From positions 1 through 24,807 of the IMG/VR virus record IMGVR_UViG_3300021962_000611: a DNA stretch of 24,807 bases; one strand, written 5' to 3'. The translations under genes were made by a program, and so were the position numbers. Position 1 is the first letter of the stretch. Every line of letters starts with the position of its first letter. Below, in pieces: positions 7,762-17,383 of this stretch. The notes under the pieces are model-generated. The model saw only the letters and a program-made list of their open reading frames with translations. It searched no databases and was not told where the DNA came from. The DNA comes from a virus. Its lineage: Duplodnaviria; Caudoviricetes.

Positions 7762-10317
7762 ATGGCTGTAGGAACCACAACAGAATCTGACGTAAAAAAA
7801 TCTATTGAAAATTTATCCAACGAATTGGATAGAGTTTTCAAAAAGATTCAATCTGATGCATTTAAGTTATTTGACGGACTCACAACTTCAAATGTTGGTT
7901 TTACAAAAGGATTCAAAGACGCGGTAAAAGAAATAAATAATATGTCATCCATTGCGGATAGATATAACGGATATGCAAAATTAAGCGAAGTTATTCAGAG
8001 TAAAATAAATGAACTTAAATCGAAAAGTGGATATCTTGATAGTTTATCATTAGAATTTAAAGAAGCTGAATTGGATCTTCAAAAACAAATTACAACTGCA
8101 CAAATAAGCAGATTATTACGGTCTACTTCTTTAGATGCCGCTGCAAAAAAAGAAGCCATAGATACATTGAAGGTAAAGATGATAATGGCAGATGCCGAAC
8201 TCGATTATTTACAAAAAAATTCCAATAAACAAAATGAAATTGTCGAAAAATTAGAAAGAATAAATAAAAAAATTAAAGATATATCGCCAGAATTAGAAAA
8301 ACAGAACGGATTTGCATCTAGCCTTAAGTCTTCTTTTAATGAAATAAAACAACAACATGAAGTAATTTTTTATATAGCTTCAAAAATTGTAACTGCTTTT
8401 ACATCTATTGAAGATGCTGCTTTTGAAGTAAGAAAATCATTGGGATTGATTGGAAAAGAAGGAGATAGATTTAAAACGACCATAACGGATGTATATGTTA
8501 GATTTGCAAACTTAGGAGTAACGGCTGAAACTGTTCAAAAATCTATAATAGCAATATCAAACGGATTTGGCAGTTCTGTATTTGCAAGCAAACAACTTGT
8601 AGAAAATTTTTCAATATTAGAAACCAGTCTTGGTATCGCTAGTGAAACATCTGCTAAGGTTTTGAGAACATTCATGGGATTGTCAAAATCAAGTGCAGCA
8701 ACTCAAGAATCTTTGATATATTATGCACAATCTTTATCACAGGCAGCAGGAGTTCCGTTCCCAGAAGTGATGAAAGATTTGTCGGTTTTAGCTGAAAATG
8801 TAAGACTGACATTCAGAGGAACCACGGTTCAATTAACAAAAGCCGCAGTTGAAGCAAGAAGATTGGGATTATCTATTGGTGACGTTGCTTCAGTTGCTGA
8901 AAAATTGTTGGATTTTCAAGAATCAATAAATGCCGAAATCGAAGCTAGTGTAATGATGGGAAAGAATATATCTTTTAATGAAGCTAGAGTATTGGCATAT
9001 AGAGGAGATATATTAGGAGCAACAAAAAATGTATTGGACACAGTTGAGAAAACGGTTGATTTAAATAAAGTTGATTATTTTACATTAAAATCTATTGCGG
9101 CCGCAACAGGATTATCAGTTGACAAACTTCAAGACAGTTTACAAATAAGAAAAGATGTTCAATTATTATCAAAAATGGGAACTGATGAAGCAAGAGCACA
9201 AGTTGCAGAGTATCAACGTTTAAATAATTTATCGAACGGATTGTCAAAGACTGAAGGAGAAAGAGCATTGGACAGATTAAAAGAAACAAATAATCTTGCA
9301 ATTCAAAAACAACTTCAAAGTGAGTTTAACGGATTAATTTTACAGTTAGGTCAGATATTTTTGCCTGTATTACAAACTATTGGTAAAATGGTATCAGGAT
9401 TGACCGCAATAAATAATTACATTAGAGAAATTCCTCTCATGGGTAAACTGGTAGCAGGAACAGTAGCCGCTACTGTCGCTGTAGGAATTTTAACAATAAA
9501 ATGGGGAAATTTATTTACTATGCTTTTTAGTAAAATTCCAATAATAGGAAAACTTTGGTCGGCTACTGGCGCCGCTGGAGGTGCAGCTGGAACGGTTGGA
9601 TCGGCTGCGAGTGGTGTTGCAATGTGGAAAAATCTTCTTGGTGCAGCTGCAATAATCGTTGCAACTGCAGGCGCTTTATATATAGTTGGAAAGGCTCTTA
9701 AAGAATTTCCTGCTGATATTGGAGGTATGGGTTATATGGAATTTTTCTTAAATTTGGTCGGTGGGTTGAGTATATTTTTAGGATTTGCCACGATACTCGG
9801 TTTGTTGTTGCCTAAACTTGTTATCCCGTTAGCACTTGCGGGTGTAGCAATAATAGGACTATCTGCGGTATTAGGGACACTTGGACTTGCATTACAGTCG
9901 ATAGCAAATCCAATAAAAACATTCTCAGATTCATTTTCAAAATTGATTGAAAATATAAACGTAGAAAATTTATCTAAAATAAAAGATGGGGCACTTGCTG
10001 TAAAAGAAGCAGTGTCAGAATTGAGAGGAGAACTTCAAAATTTTAATGATAAAGATTTAAAGGTTCTTGAAAACTTAGGTAATTTGAAGGCAAATATAAC
10101 CGCCGGCGTTAATACTGAATCAGAAGAAAAGAAGAAATCTGAATCTACAGTATTGGCAGAAACTATTAAATCTGCAGTTGTTGAGGGAATGAAACAAGTA
10201 AAATTTGCAGTAAACCTTGACGGTAAAGTGCTTGCAGTCGCTGTGGCAAACATAACCGCAAATAGTCAGCCCGCTGGTGCAAACACTCTTATGTCAAAGC
10301 AAGTCAATTTCGCATAA
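7762..10317 (+). CDS. Tape measure protein
   Basis: 851 aa, helical, A/L/K/S-rich with G/A-rich hydrophobic C-terminal segments; ends VNLDGKVLA; canonical position after tube and chaperone. Confidence 0.85.
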   Translation: MAVGTTTESDVKKSIENLSNELDRVFKKIQSDAFKLFDGLTTSNVGFTKGFKDAVKEINNMSSIADRYNGYAKLSEVIQSKINELKSKSGYLDSLSLEFKEAELDLQKQITTAQISRLLRSTSLDAAAKKEAIDTLKVKMIMADAELDYLQKNSNKQNEIVEKLERINKKIKDISPELEKQNGFASSLKSSFNEIKQQHEVIFYIASKIVTAFTSIEDAAFEVRKSLGLIGKEGDRFKTTITDVYVRFANLGVTAETVQKSIIAISNGFGSSVFASKQLVENFSILETSLGIASETSAKVLRTFMGLSKSSAATQESLIYYAQSLSQAAGVPFPEVMKDLSVLAENVRLTFRGTTVQLTKAAVEARRLGLSIGDVASVAEKLLDFQESINAEIEASVMMGKNISFNEARVLAYRGDILGATKNVLDTVEKTVDLNKVDYFTLKSIAAATGLSVDKLQDSLQIRKDVQLLSKMGTDEARAQVAEYQRLNNLSNGLSKTEGERALDRLKETNNLAIQKQLQSEFNGLILQLGQIFLPVLQTIGKMVSGLTAINNYIREIPLMGKLVAGTVAATVAVGILTIKWGNLFTMLFSKIPIIGKLWSATGAAGGAAGTVGSAASGVAMWKNLLGAAAIIVATAGALYIVGKALKEFPADIGGMGYMEFFLNLVGGLSIFLGFATILGLLLPKLVIPLALAGVAIIGLSAVLGTLGLALQSIANPIKTFSDSFSKLIENINVENLSKIKDGALAVKEAVSELRGELQNFNDKDLKVLENLGNLKANITAGVNTESEEKKKSESTVLAETIKSAVVEGMKQVKFAVNLDGKVLAVAVANITANSQPAGANTLMSKQVNFA

Positions 10318-10320
10318 AAT

Positions 10321-12594
10321 ATGGCAAACGAAAATAACATAGGTGGATTAATCTCTACCAATAATCCTCAAATTACATCAAATGGATTGTCATTGCCTCC
10401 TTCATTTAATGAGGTAAGAACCCCAAAAATGCTTACTTTGTTTGAAAGAAATTCAAACATACTTTATACAAAATTTAGTTATTATACAAACGGTGAAGGA
10501 AAAGGATCAACATCTCAACAACCATTTTTTGCCGTAAATCCATCGAACGTTCAAATTGGTGGGTTAAAAGGAAATTCTTCTTTAAACACCAGAAAGAAAA
10601 CTGACAGTAGAACACTTCCATTTGTATCATCTGAAGAAGACGTAATAAGAATTAGAAAATTTTTAGGAACGTCCGCTGGAACAAAATTTACAATTACTCA
10701 ATTTTTACTACAAGGATTACAACCTTTTAATGAAACCAAGATATATAATCCATTAATGCCTATTATAGCATCTGCTAGACCAGGCACACTTGGACTTATA
10801 TCCAGACCTAATAGATTCGTAGAATTAAATGCAAGTGGTATTTTTGGAGCATTGGGATTAAAAGCAGTCTCTACTGTATTATTTGGTAACTCTAATCCAA
10901 CTCCTCCGCCAGGAACAGCAACTGGTCAACCTGCTAATTTTTTAAATACGATTAATCCTTTTAGTTCAAGATTACCTGGGGCCTTGCCTGTAAATAGACA
11001 AGATGGCGGAAAAGGTCTTACAAGAGGAAGAACTGCATCTGCTGCATATAAAAACTTTACTGATTATTGGTCTCCTAAAAACAAAGGATTGATTGGAAAA
11101 CTTTTAGATGTAGGAAATTATATAAGATCCGAGACCGCTTTAGGAGCCCTATTACCTGTCGGACAACCCTCAGGAACAAGATTTAAAGGCGACGAAAATT
11201 CTTATGATTTGATGGTGTTGAATGGAACTATACAAAAACCATATGAGTCTACTTTATTTGGGAGAATAAAAAGTTTCTTTGTCGGATCTTCACCTGAAAT
11301 TCCAAGATTTGTATGGGTGGATGTTGATGGAAATACACAATATGGTGTAAAACAAAAATGGGCTAATACAGTAAAAATAAAAGGTTCTATCAAATATAGA
11401 ACAGGAACAGTAAATCAAAGTAATACTGTAACACAACAGACTAACGATGCGACAACGACAAAAAGATATTCAGATGTCGTAAAAAACCCTATAAATCAAC
11501 CATCTTCGTTTGGTGATTTGGGAGAAGCAGGTGCTGGGTATTTTATACAAACCGATAGAGAACAATCAGAAATTTTGGTTAATTACGATAATTACATCAA
11601 TAATATAAAAGGAACAAATACTGCTGGAATAGGTGCGTATCCAACCAAATTAGATAGTCCACAAAATCCATCTGTCCAATTATTAAACGCTCAATTACTT
11701 GGACGGTCAAACGACTGGGAAACTCTTAAAAAACAAAAGACAACCCATCCAAATGATTATAGACAACCAAAATCAGTTGATAATATTGTCAATGACGTAA
11801 ATAGTTCTACGTATCTAAATAGATTTAGCAATACATTATTATCAAAACAACTTTTAGAACATTCGAACGGAAAAAGACTGGGAGCAAAACTTACAGATCC
11901 AATAAACATGTCTGTTCCAACCGAAGACGATAGTTTATTTAAAGATAGAGATTTGGTAAGATTTTGGTTTTACGATATTGCGAATAACAAATATATTCCA
12001 TTCAGAGCAACCGTCAAATCGATAAACGAAAGATATACAAGCGACTGGGATAATTTTCAATATGTTGGAAATGCTGATAAAGTTTACAATTATAAAGGAT
12101 TTACAAGATCGCTTGGATTTACATTCACTGTTCTTGCTACATCGGTATATCAATTATTGCCTATGTGGAAACGAGTAAATTATTTGTTAAATTTATCAAA
12201 GCCTGCAAAATATTTTAACAACGAGTTCATAGTTCCTCCGTTGGTAAAATTAACGATTGGCGATTTATATAAAAATCAACCAATTGTTATAACAAATATG
12301 AGTTTGTCGATTCCTGATAATGCAACTTGGGAAACCTTACCACAAGAAACGTCAGGATATAATTATTATAATGGATTATATCCAAGGACCAGTCCACAGA
12401 CTATTCAAGGAAATACAAATGCAACTGTAAACGGAAACACGACAGTTCAGATAGCAAACGCATCTGTGGCTCAAATGCCTATGGAAGTGGATTTAACAAT
12501 AGATTGCAATATACTTGAAATAGATAAACCGGAGGTTGTGGACACTGCAAACTTTGGATGGATTGACGCTGCTACATTAACTACTTCTACATAA
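10321..12594 (+). CDS. Baseplate / tail tube-initiator-like protein
   Basis: C-terminal IPFRATVKSINE...W....YVG.ADKVYNYKGFTRSLGFTF...PPLVKLTIGDLY..QP tube-like domain, preceded by a long low-complexity region; directly follows tape measure. Confidence 0.65.
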   Translation: MANENNIGGLISTNNPQITSNGLSLPPSFNEVRTPKMLTLFERNSNILYTKFSYYTNGEGKGSTSQQPFFAVNPSNVQIGGLKGNSSLNTRKKTDSRTLPFVSSEEDVIRIRKFLGTSAGTKFTITQFLLQGLQPFNETKIYNPLMPIIASARPGTLGLISRPNRFVELNASGIFGALGLKAVSTVLFGNSNPTPPPGTATGQPANFLNTINPFSSRLPGALPVNRQDGGKGLTRGRTASAAYKNFTDYWSPKNKGLIGKLLDVGNYIRSETALGALLPVGQPSGTRFKGDENSYDLMVLNGTIQKPYESTLFGRIKSFFVGSSPEIPRFVWVDVDGNTQYGVKQKWANTVKIKGSIKYRTGTVNQSNTVTQQTNDATTTKRYSDVVKNPINQPSSFGDLGEAGAGYFIQTDREQSEILVNYDNYINNIKGTNTAGIGAYPTKLDSPQNPSVQLLNAQLLGRSNDWETLKKQKTTHPNDYRQPKSVDNIVNDVNSSTYLNRFSNTLLSKQLLEHSNGKRLGAKLTDPINMSVPTEDDSLFKDRDLVRFWFYDIANNKYIPFRATVKSINERYTSDWDNFQYVGNADKVYNYKGFTRSLGFTFTVLATSVYQLLPMWKRVNYLLNLSKPAKYFNNEFIVPPLVKLTIGDLYKNQPIVITNMSLSIPDNATWETLPQETSGYNYYNGLYPRTSPQTIQGNTNATVNGNTTVQIANASVAQMPMEVDLTIDCNILEIDKPEVVDTANFGWIDAATLTTST

Positions 12595-12596
12595 TT

Positions 12597-12893
12597 ATGA
12601 ATAGATACGACTATACAACCAAAACAAAAAGATGGGATGGTAAATTAGTATATAGAACGTTAATATATCCTGCTATACCTGTATCAGAATCTGATATGTA
12701 TGTAACTGTATCTGATAATGATTATCTTGACTCTTTGGCATTTAAGTATTATAAAGATACTAGTTTATGGTGGGTTATCGCTGTTGCAAACAATTTAGGA
12801 AAGGGAAAACTTAGTTTGGATACAACAAAACAACTTAGAATTCCTACCAACATAACAACAATATTACAAAATTTTAGATTAGCAAATTCATAA
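12597..12893 (+). CDS. LysM-like baseplate wedge protein (gp53 / tail-X-like)
   Basis: D.LDSLAFKYYKDTSLWWVIAVANNL...QLRIP is the LysM/tail-X signature. Confidence 0.85.
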   Translation: MNRYDYTTKTKRWDGKLVYRTLIYPAIPVSESDMYVTVSDNDYLDSLAFKYYKDTSLWWVIAVANNLGKGKLSLDTTKQLRIPTNITTILQNFRLANS

Positions 12894-12895
12894 TT

Positions 12896-15574
12896 ATGTC
12901 AGCAGATCGTCCATGGGAAGCAGGTCCATTTTCAAAATGGGTAACGTCTGAATTAAATAACAGAATAGATAATTTATCATCTGGTATTAACCAAACGCCT
13001 ACTGAAAATAACGGAATGACATATGTCTCTGGGCCAAGAAGACATTGGATCAAGGTTTTTTCAAATGGACTAAACAAAAGAATAGATACACCCGCACAGT
13101 GGGGACTATTATTAAAATCTCCAGATGTTTATTCGGACGATATTTTTGCAGCTAGATACGGTATTGCTCCACAACAACAAATATATGGATATTCAAATAA
13201 AGGATTTCCAAAATTTGTAACAAATCCACAATTTAGAACAAACGTCCCAGAACCCGGCATAACTTCTTTTACTGCAGATGTTCAAAAAAACTTTTTTATA
13301 ACCGCAAAAATAAATTGGGTATGTCATTCAATTGACCAACTTAATGCAATTACACCATATCTTCTAACCCCGCTCGTAACTGTCTTTGTTGAGTGGGGAT
13401 GGAATAATTTTAATGTTGCATCTTTAATAAATTATGATAGTGTAGATGAATTAAAAAGAATCGTAAAAAATCATTTTGAACACTACGATACTAGAGTGCC
13501 TTTGTCTTATGGAAATTATGATTTCATGGTTGGTGACATAACAAATTTTGAATACGGATTTGATGATAATGTTATAAAAGGGTTCACGGAAATTAGATCT
13601 AGACAAATGTTATACAGTGGATTTAATGTTCGTGGTGATAAATCAATTAATGTTGGGTCACAAAATGATACTACACAATCACCTGCACTATCATTTAAAA
13701 CAACATTTCAACAAACGTTAAAGACATTGGTCGCATTCTCTGAAAATGGTGAACTTCCTGTTCCTCCAGATCCTGAGAAAACTACGAATCCTGATCGTGC
13801 TTTAGATGATGAAAATATAAAATTGTATGCTCTTTTAACTCCGTATAAAGATAAATACGGACCTAAATTAAACAATCTTCCGAATTATGTGTATAAATTT
13901 CCTAGCAGATCAAAACCAAGCGGATTGTTACAACAAGAAGGAAAAGATAATTCTACATTAGATACTTATATAACTTTGGAATTGTTTGTAGATATAATGA
14001 ATTCTTTGAAAAACAAAAACAGTCAGAAAGAATATCTAAAAGATTTTTTTGAAGTCGATGTCGTCAATTCAAATGTTGGATATCACGAAAATTTAATATC
14101 AACTAGTAAAGATGTTTTGATACCAAATGTAAAAGCTCCTAAATTTAACGGAAGAGGATCAGTGTCTTACAATAGATACAAAGATGAAGTCACCACATTT
14201 ATAGGAGACGATAAAGCTGGAACAAATACAGCCACAACAAGATTGGGACAAATAGGATCGGTAATTAATGATTTTATAACTGGAGCAGAAGATCAAGAAA
14301 CTGTGAAAAAAGGCCAGTCTGAAGGAGAATCAATGTTAAAGTCGGCGGCAATAAATGAAAAAATAAATCTGTTTAATATTGAAAAAGAAAGAAAAAGTTT
14401 AAAAACACATCCCTCGGATATCCAATTAAAACTTTTAATTGGATATGGAAAAACTGTTTATAGAAATGACCTTGATTTTGTTTTAAATAAATATGGAAGA
14501 AGTCTAATACAGACAAGAACAAATACAGGATTTGATAGCCGTGGATTGTTAAAAAATGTATATGTTAATTTAAATTTTATAATTGAATCGCTTGTCGTAA
14601 ACGACGATGTGATTAATATGAAAGACATGTATGATGCTCTATTAAAAGAGTTAAATGAATCCGTATGTGATTTTTGGAATTTAGAATTGGTAAACGTAGA
14701 CTCTGTAAATCCAAATGTAAAAAAGACAGGTGGATTACAAATCGTAGATGTTAAATACAAAACCAGCGCTTTTAATATTGGAGATATTTTTACATTTGAT
14801 TATGGTAGTAACAGATCAATAGTTAAAAAAATAAATTTTACCACATCTCTTACAAATGGAATGGCAAATCAAATATTATATAGATCGTTTGGAGAAAAAT
14901 CATTATCTTCAAATAATTTGATTGATTTTTCAAATGAGGGGATATATGTGGATAGAATCAAAGACGAAGAAAAAGATAAAAAATCAATCGACGGTAATGT
15001 TAGAAATACAACTAATTCCGATCAAATGTTGACATTTTTGAATGTAATAAAAAAATACATGAATTTCCAACCAGCAAATCCAGACGCTAGTTTCTTGATG
15101 AGAGTCCAAGTATACAAATCTAGTTCGGGGAAAGTGGAAGAAAGAGTAGTTGGTGCTGGTGGAGGTGGCATGGGAGGTGTAACCACATATAGTGTTAAAG
15201 TCGCAAATTTTAACGAATACAACATTGCGGATTTGTTTATTCCTGATAAAGAAGCTTTGGTTTATTTATTAAATGATTACGATAAAGAGAACAATACAAA
15301 TGTGTATTGTGCTCCTATAAGAAATGTTGAATTAGAAATTTCTTTAATGGGTATTGCCGGAATTCGTGTATTTGAATTTTTTAGAGTAAAAAATCTTCCG
15401 CCTCCGTTTACTGAAAATGTTGTAGTATTTCAAGTAAGAGACGTTACTCATACAATAGATGAAAACGGATGGGAAACAAGAATTAAAGCATCAGTTAGAC
15501 CGTCATATAATTTATTTAGAGAACAGTCTTTTGGCGATGTGAATATTAACCCAACGGTTCAAAACTTGGTATGA
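12896..15574 (+). CDS. Large baseplate hub / tail protein
   Basis: 892 aa; P.PGITS, VFVEWGWN, GNYD...G.ITNF near the N-terminus and ISLMGIAGI...F.V..LP...FQV..VTHTI...GWETRI at the C-terminus, resembling hub (gp27/gpD-like) proteins. Confidence 0.6.
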   Translation: MSADRPWEAGPFSKWVTSELNNRIDNLSSGINQTPTENNGMTYVSGPRRHWIKVFSNGLNKRIDTPAQWGLLLKSPDVYSDDIFAARYGIAPQQQIYGYSNKGFPKFVTNPQFRTNVPEPGITSFTADVQKNFFITAKINWVCHSIDQLNAITPYLLTPLVTVFVEWGWNNFNVASLINYDSVDELKRIVKNHFEHYDTRVPLSYGNYDFMVGDITNFEYGFDDNVIKGFTEIRSRQMLYSGFNVRGDKSINVGSQNDTTQSPALSFKTTFQQTLKTLVAFSENGELPVPPDPEKTTNPDRALDDENIKLYALLTPYKDKYGPKLNNLPNYVYKFPSRSKPSGLLQQEGKDNSTLDTYITLELFVDIMNSLKNKNSQKEYLKDFFEVDVVNSNVGYHENLISTSKDVLIPNVKAPKFNGRGSVSYNRYKDEVTTFIGDDKAGTNTATTRLGQIGSVINDFITGAEDQETVKKGQSEGESMLKSAAINEKINLFNIEKERKSLKTHPSDIQLKLLIGYGKTVYRNDLDFVLNKYGRSLIQTRTNTGFDSRGLLKNVYVNLNFIIESLVVNDDVINMKDMYDALLKELNESVCDFWNLELVNVDSVNPNVKKTGGLQIVDVKYKTSAFNIGDIFTFDYGSNRSIVKKINFTTSLTNGMANQILYRSFGEKSLSSNNLIDFSNEGIYVDRIKDEEKDKKSIDGNVRNTTNSDQMLTFLNVIKKYMNFQPANPDASFLMRVQVYKSSSGKVEERVVGAGGGGMGGVTTYSVKVANFNEYNIADLFIPDKEALVYLLNDYDKENNTNVYCAPIRNVELEISLMGIAGIRVFEFFRVKNLPPPFTENVVVFQVRDVTHTIDENGWETRIKASVRPSYNLFREQSFGDVNINPTVQNLV

Positions 15575-15951
15575 TACAATATCCTGACAATAAAAGAAAT
15601 ATAAGATATCCTGAAATACAAACAGCGTATCCTGTTTATAATAAACCATCCCCTCAACAAAATGATTATGATACGGGATATATATATCGATATTTTGTAA
15701 AAAAAATAAATGATAAAACAATTTATGAAATATCAAAAGAAAATTATGTTGATGTATCTCCTAACATTTATGCAAAAATTTCTATAGAATGGAAACTGAC
15801 AGGCAAAAAATATAACGTATTTCAAAATAAAATAAAAATTTATGACGGTGTTTATGATCATAACATTGCACAAATAAACAGATATAAACAATACCTTCCT
15901 GGTTTAGAAAAAATTTTACGTGACCCTCTTGAATTTTGGAGACCAAGTTAA
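15571..15951 (+). CDS. Hypothetical protein closing the baseplate operon
   Basis: 126 aa, ATGA overlap; P.P...DY..G.I.RYFVKK.N, I.EIS, W.LTG. Confidence 0.65.
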   Translation: MIQYPDNKRNIRYPEIQTAYPVYNKPSPQQNDYDTGYIYRYFVKKINDKTIYEISKENYVDVSPNIYAKISIEWKLTGKKYNVFQNKIKIYDGVYDHNIAQINRYKQYLPGLEKILRDPLEFWRPS

Positions 15952-15952
15952 A

Positions 15953-15981
15953 TTGACAGTATACTTTTTATATAGTATAGT
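15953..15981 (+). promoter_or_regulatory. Near-consensus sigma70 promoter of the polymerase gene
   Basis: TTGACA (15953-15958), 17 nt, TATAGT (15976-15981); the ATG starts at 15988. Confidence 0.8.
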
Positions 15982-15987
15982 AGTAGA

Positions 15988-17340
15988 ATGGTTATAAAGT
16001 CGGACAGTCAATACAAACAGTTTTTGCAAGAAAACAACAACTGTGACTTGATATGCGATGTCATCCAAACAGATGACCGATACCATCCATGCGTATCTAG
16101 GATTAGTTTATTATGTGTATATAACATACAAAAACAGTTAACCTACACAATCTCTGTAAATCATAATGATTGTTTATATAAAATAAATAAACAACAATTG
16201 ATAGACGATTTAAATAATCTTGTTGGCAAAAAGTGGGTTTTTGATAAAAAGAAGTTTTCTCAACTATTATCAATCAACAATTTGTATGATATTAACATTA
16301 TCTTCTTTATCTCTGACGGAAAGGTCGATGATTACAGTGAATGTGACACGGTAACGCATAACTTTTATAAACAAAAATATACAAATTATAGTGATGTTAA
16401 CAATATAATACCATTGACTCTTCATATTGAGAAATTTGAAAAGATGTGTGTAGAATCACTAAAAAGAGTAAGAAACATAAGATTAGACCAGAGTTTTACT
16501 GAACTAAACGGAACAATCACAGAGAATCTAAAGATTCTTGAAATTAACGGACTGAAAGTTGATGAAGAAAAATTCTTATCTTGTTTTAGAGATAAGAACC
16601 CAAAAGTAGTAGATGGATATGTATATACTCAATATAATCTATATACATCAACAGGCAGACCCAGTAATAGATTTGGAAATGTTAACTATAGTGCATTAAA
16701 CAAAGAAAACGGATGTAGGTCATCTTTTGTGAGTAGACACGGTGACGATGGTATGTTGTTTATGATTGATTATAGTGCATATCATCCACACATTGTTGCT
16801 CAGTTGATTAATTATAATTTACCATCTAATGCTTATGAATATTTGGGCCGGTATTATTATGGTAAAGAAGAATTGACACCGGAAGAGATTAAAACATCAA
16901 AGAATGCAACCTTTCATTGTATGTATGGAACTATCCCAGACGAACTACTGGAGATTCCTTATTATAAGAAAATGAAGGAATATATAACCCACAGATGGGA
17001 GTTCTTTAATCAATATGGTTATGTTGAAACACCTGTGTTTAAGAGACAAATAACCAAGAATCATATATACGATCCCAATCCAAACAAACTGTTTAATTAT
17101 ATTCTACAAGCAAGTGAAACTGAGTTTGGAATATACTCTCTTGCTTCTGTAAATGAATATCTAAAAGACAAGAAGACTAAAGCGATATTGTATACTTATG
17201 ATAGTATTTTGTTTGATGTTCACAAGGATGATAAAAAAGATACTCTTTGTGAAGTAAAAAGGTTAATGTCAAACAATAAATTCCCGGTTAAATGTTATAT
17301 TGGTAACAACTATAATGATATGACTATCGTAAACATATAG
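15988..17340 (+). CDS. polA: Compact family A DNA polymerase
   Basis: TGRPSN, motif A IDYSAYHP, motif B KNATFHCMYG, NYILQASE, motif C YTYDSILFD; only 450 aa. Confidence 0.8.
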   Translation: MVIKSDSQYKQFLQENNNCDLICDVIQTDDRYHPCVSRISLLCVYNIQKQLTYTISVNHNDCLYKINKQQLIDDLNNLVGKKWVFDKKKFSQLLSINNLYDINIIFFISDGKVDDYSECDTVTHNFYKQKYTNYSDVNNIIPLTLHIEKFEKMCVESLKRVRNIRLDQSFTELNGTITENLKILEINGLKVDEEKFLSCFRDKNPKVVDGYVYTQYNLYTSTGRPSNRFGNVNYSALNKENGCRSSFVSRHGDDGMLFMIDYSAYHPHIVAQLINYNLPSNAYEYLGRYYYGKEELTPEEIKTSKNATFHCMYGTIPDELLEIPYYKKMKEYITHRWEFFNQYGYVETPVFKRQITKNHIYDPNPNKLFNYILQASETEFGIYSLASVNEYLKDKKTKAILYTYDSILFDVHKDDKKDTLCEVKRLMSNNKFPVKCYIGNNYNDMTIVNI

Positions 17341-17371
17341 AAGAAATTCAAAATTTCAATAAATATTTCTA

Positions 17372-17379
17372 TATTTATA
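17372..17379 (+). promoter_or_regulatory. Putative late-promoter motif TATTTATA
   Basis: Ends 4 nt before the ATG at 17384. Confidence 0.5.
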
Positions 17380-17383
17380 CTAT

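Noticed and set aside
15150-15185. Gly-rich GAGGGGMGG tract in the hub protein
   Set aside because: In frame and short; consistent with a flexible loop rather than a separate element.
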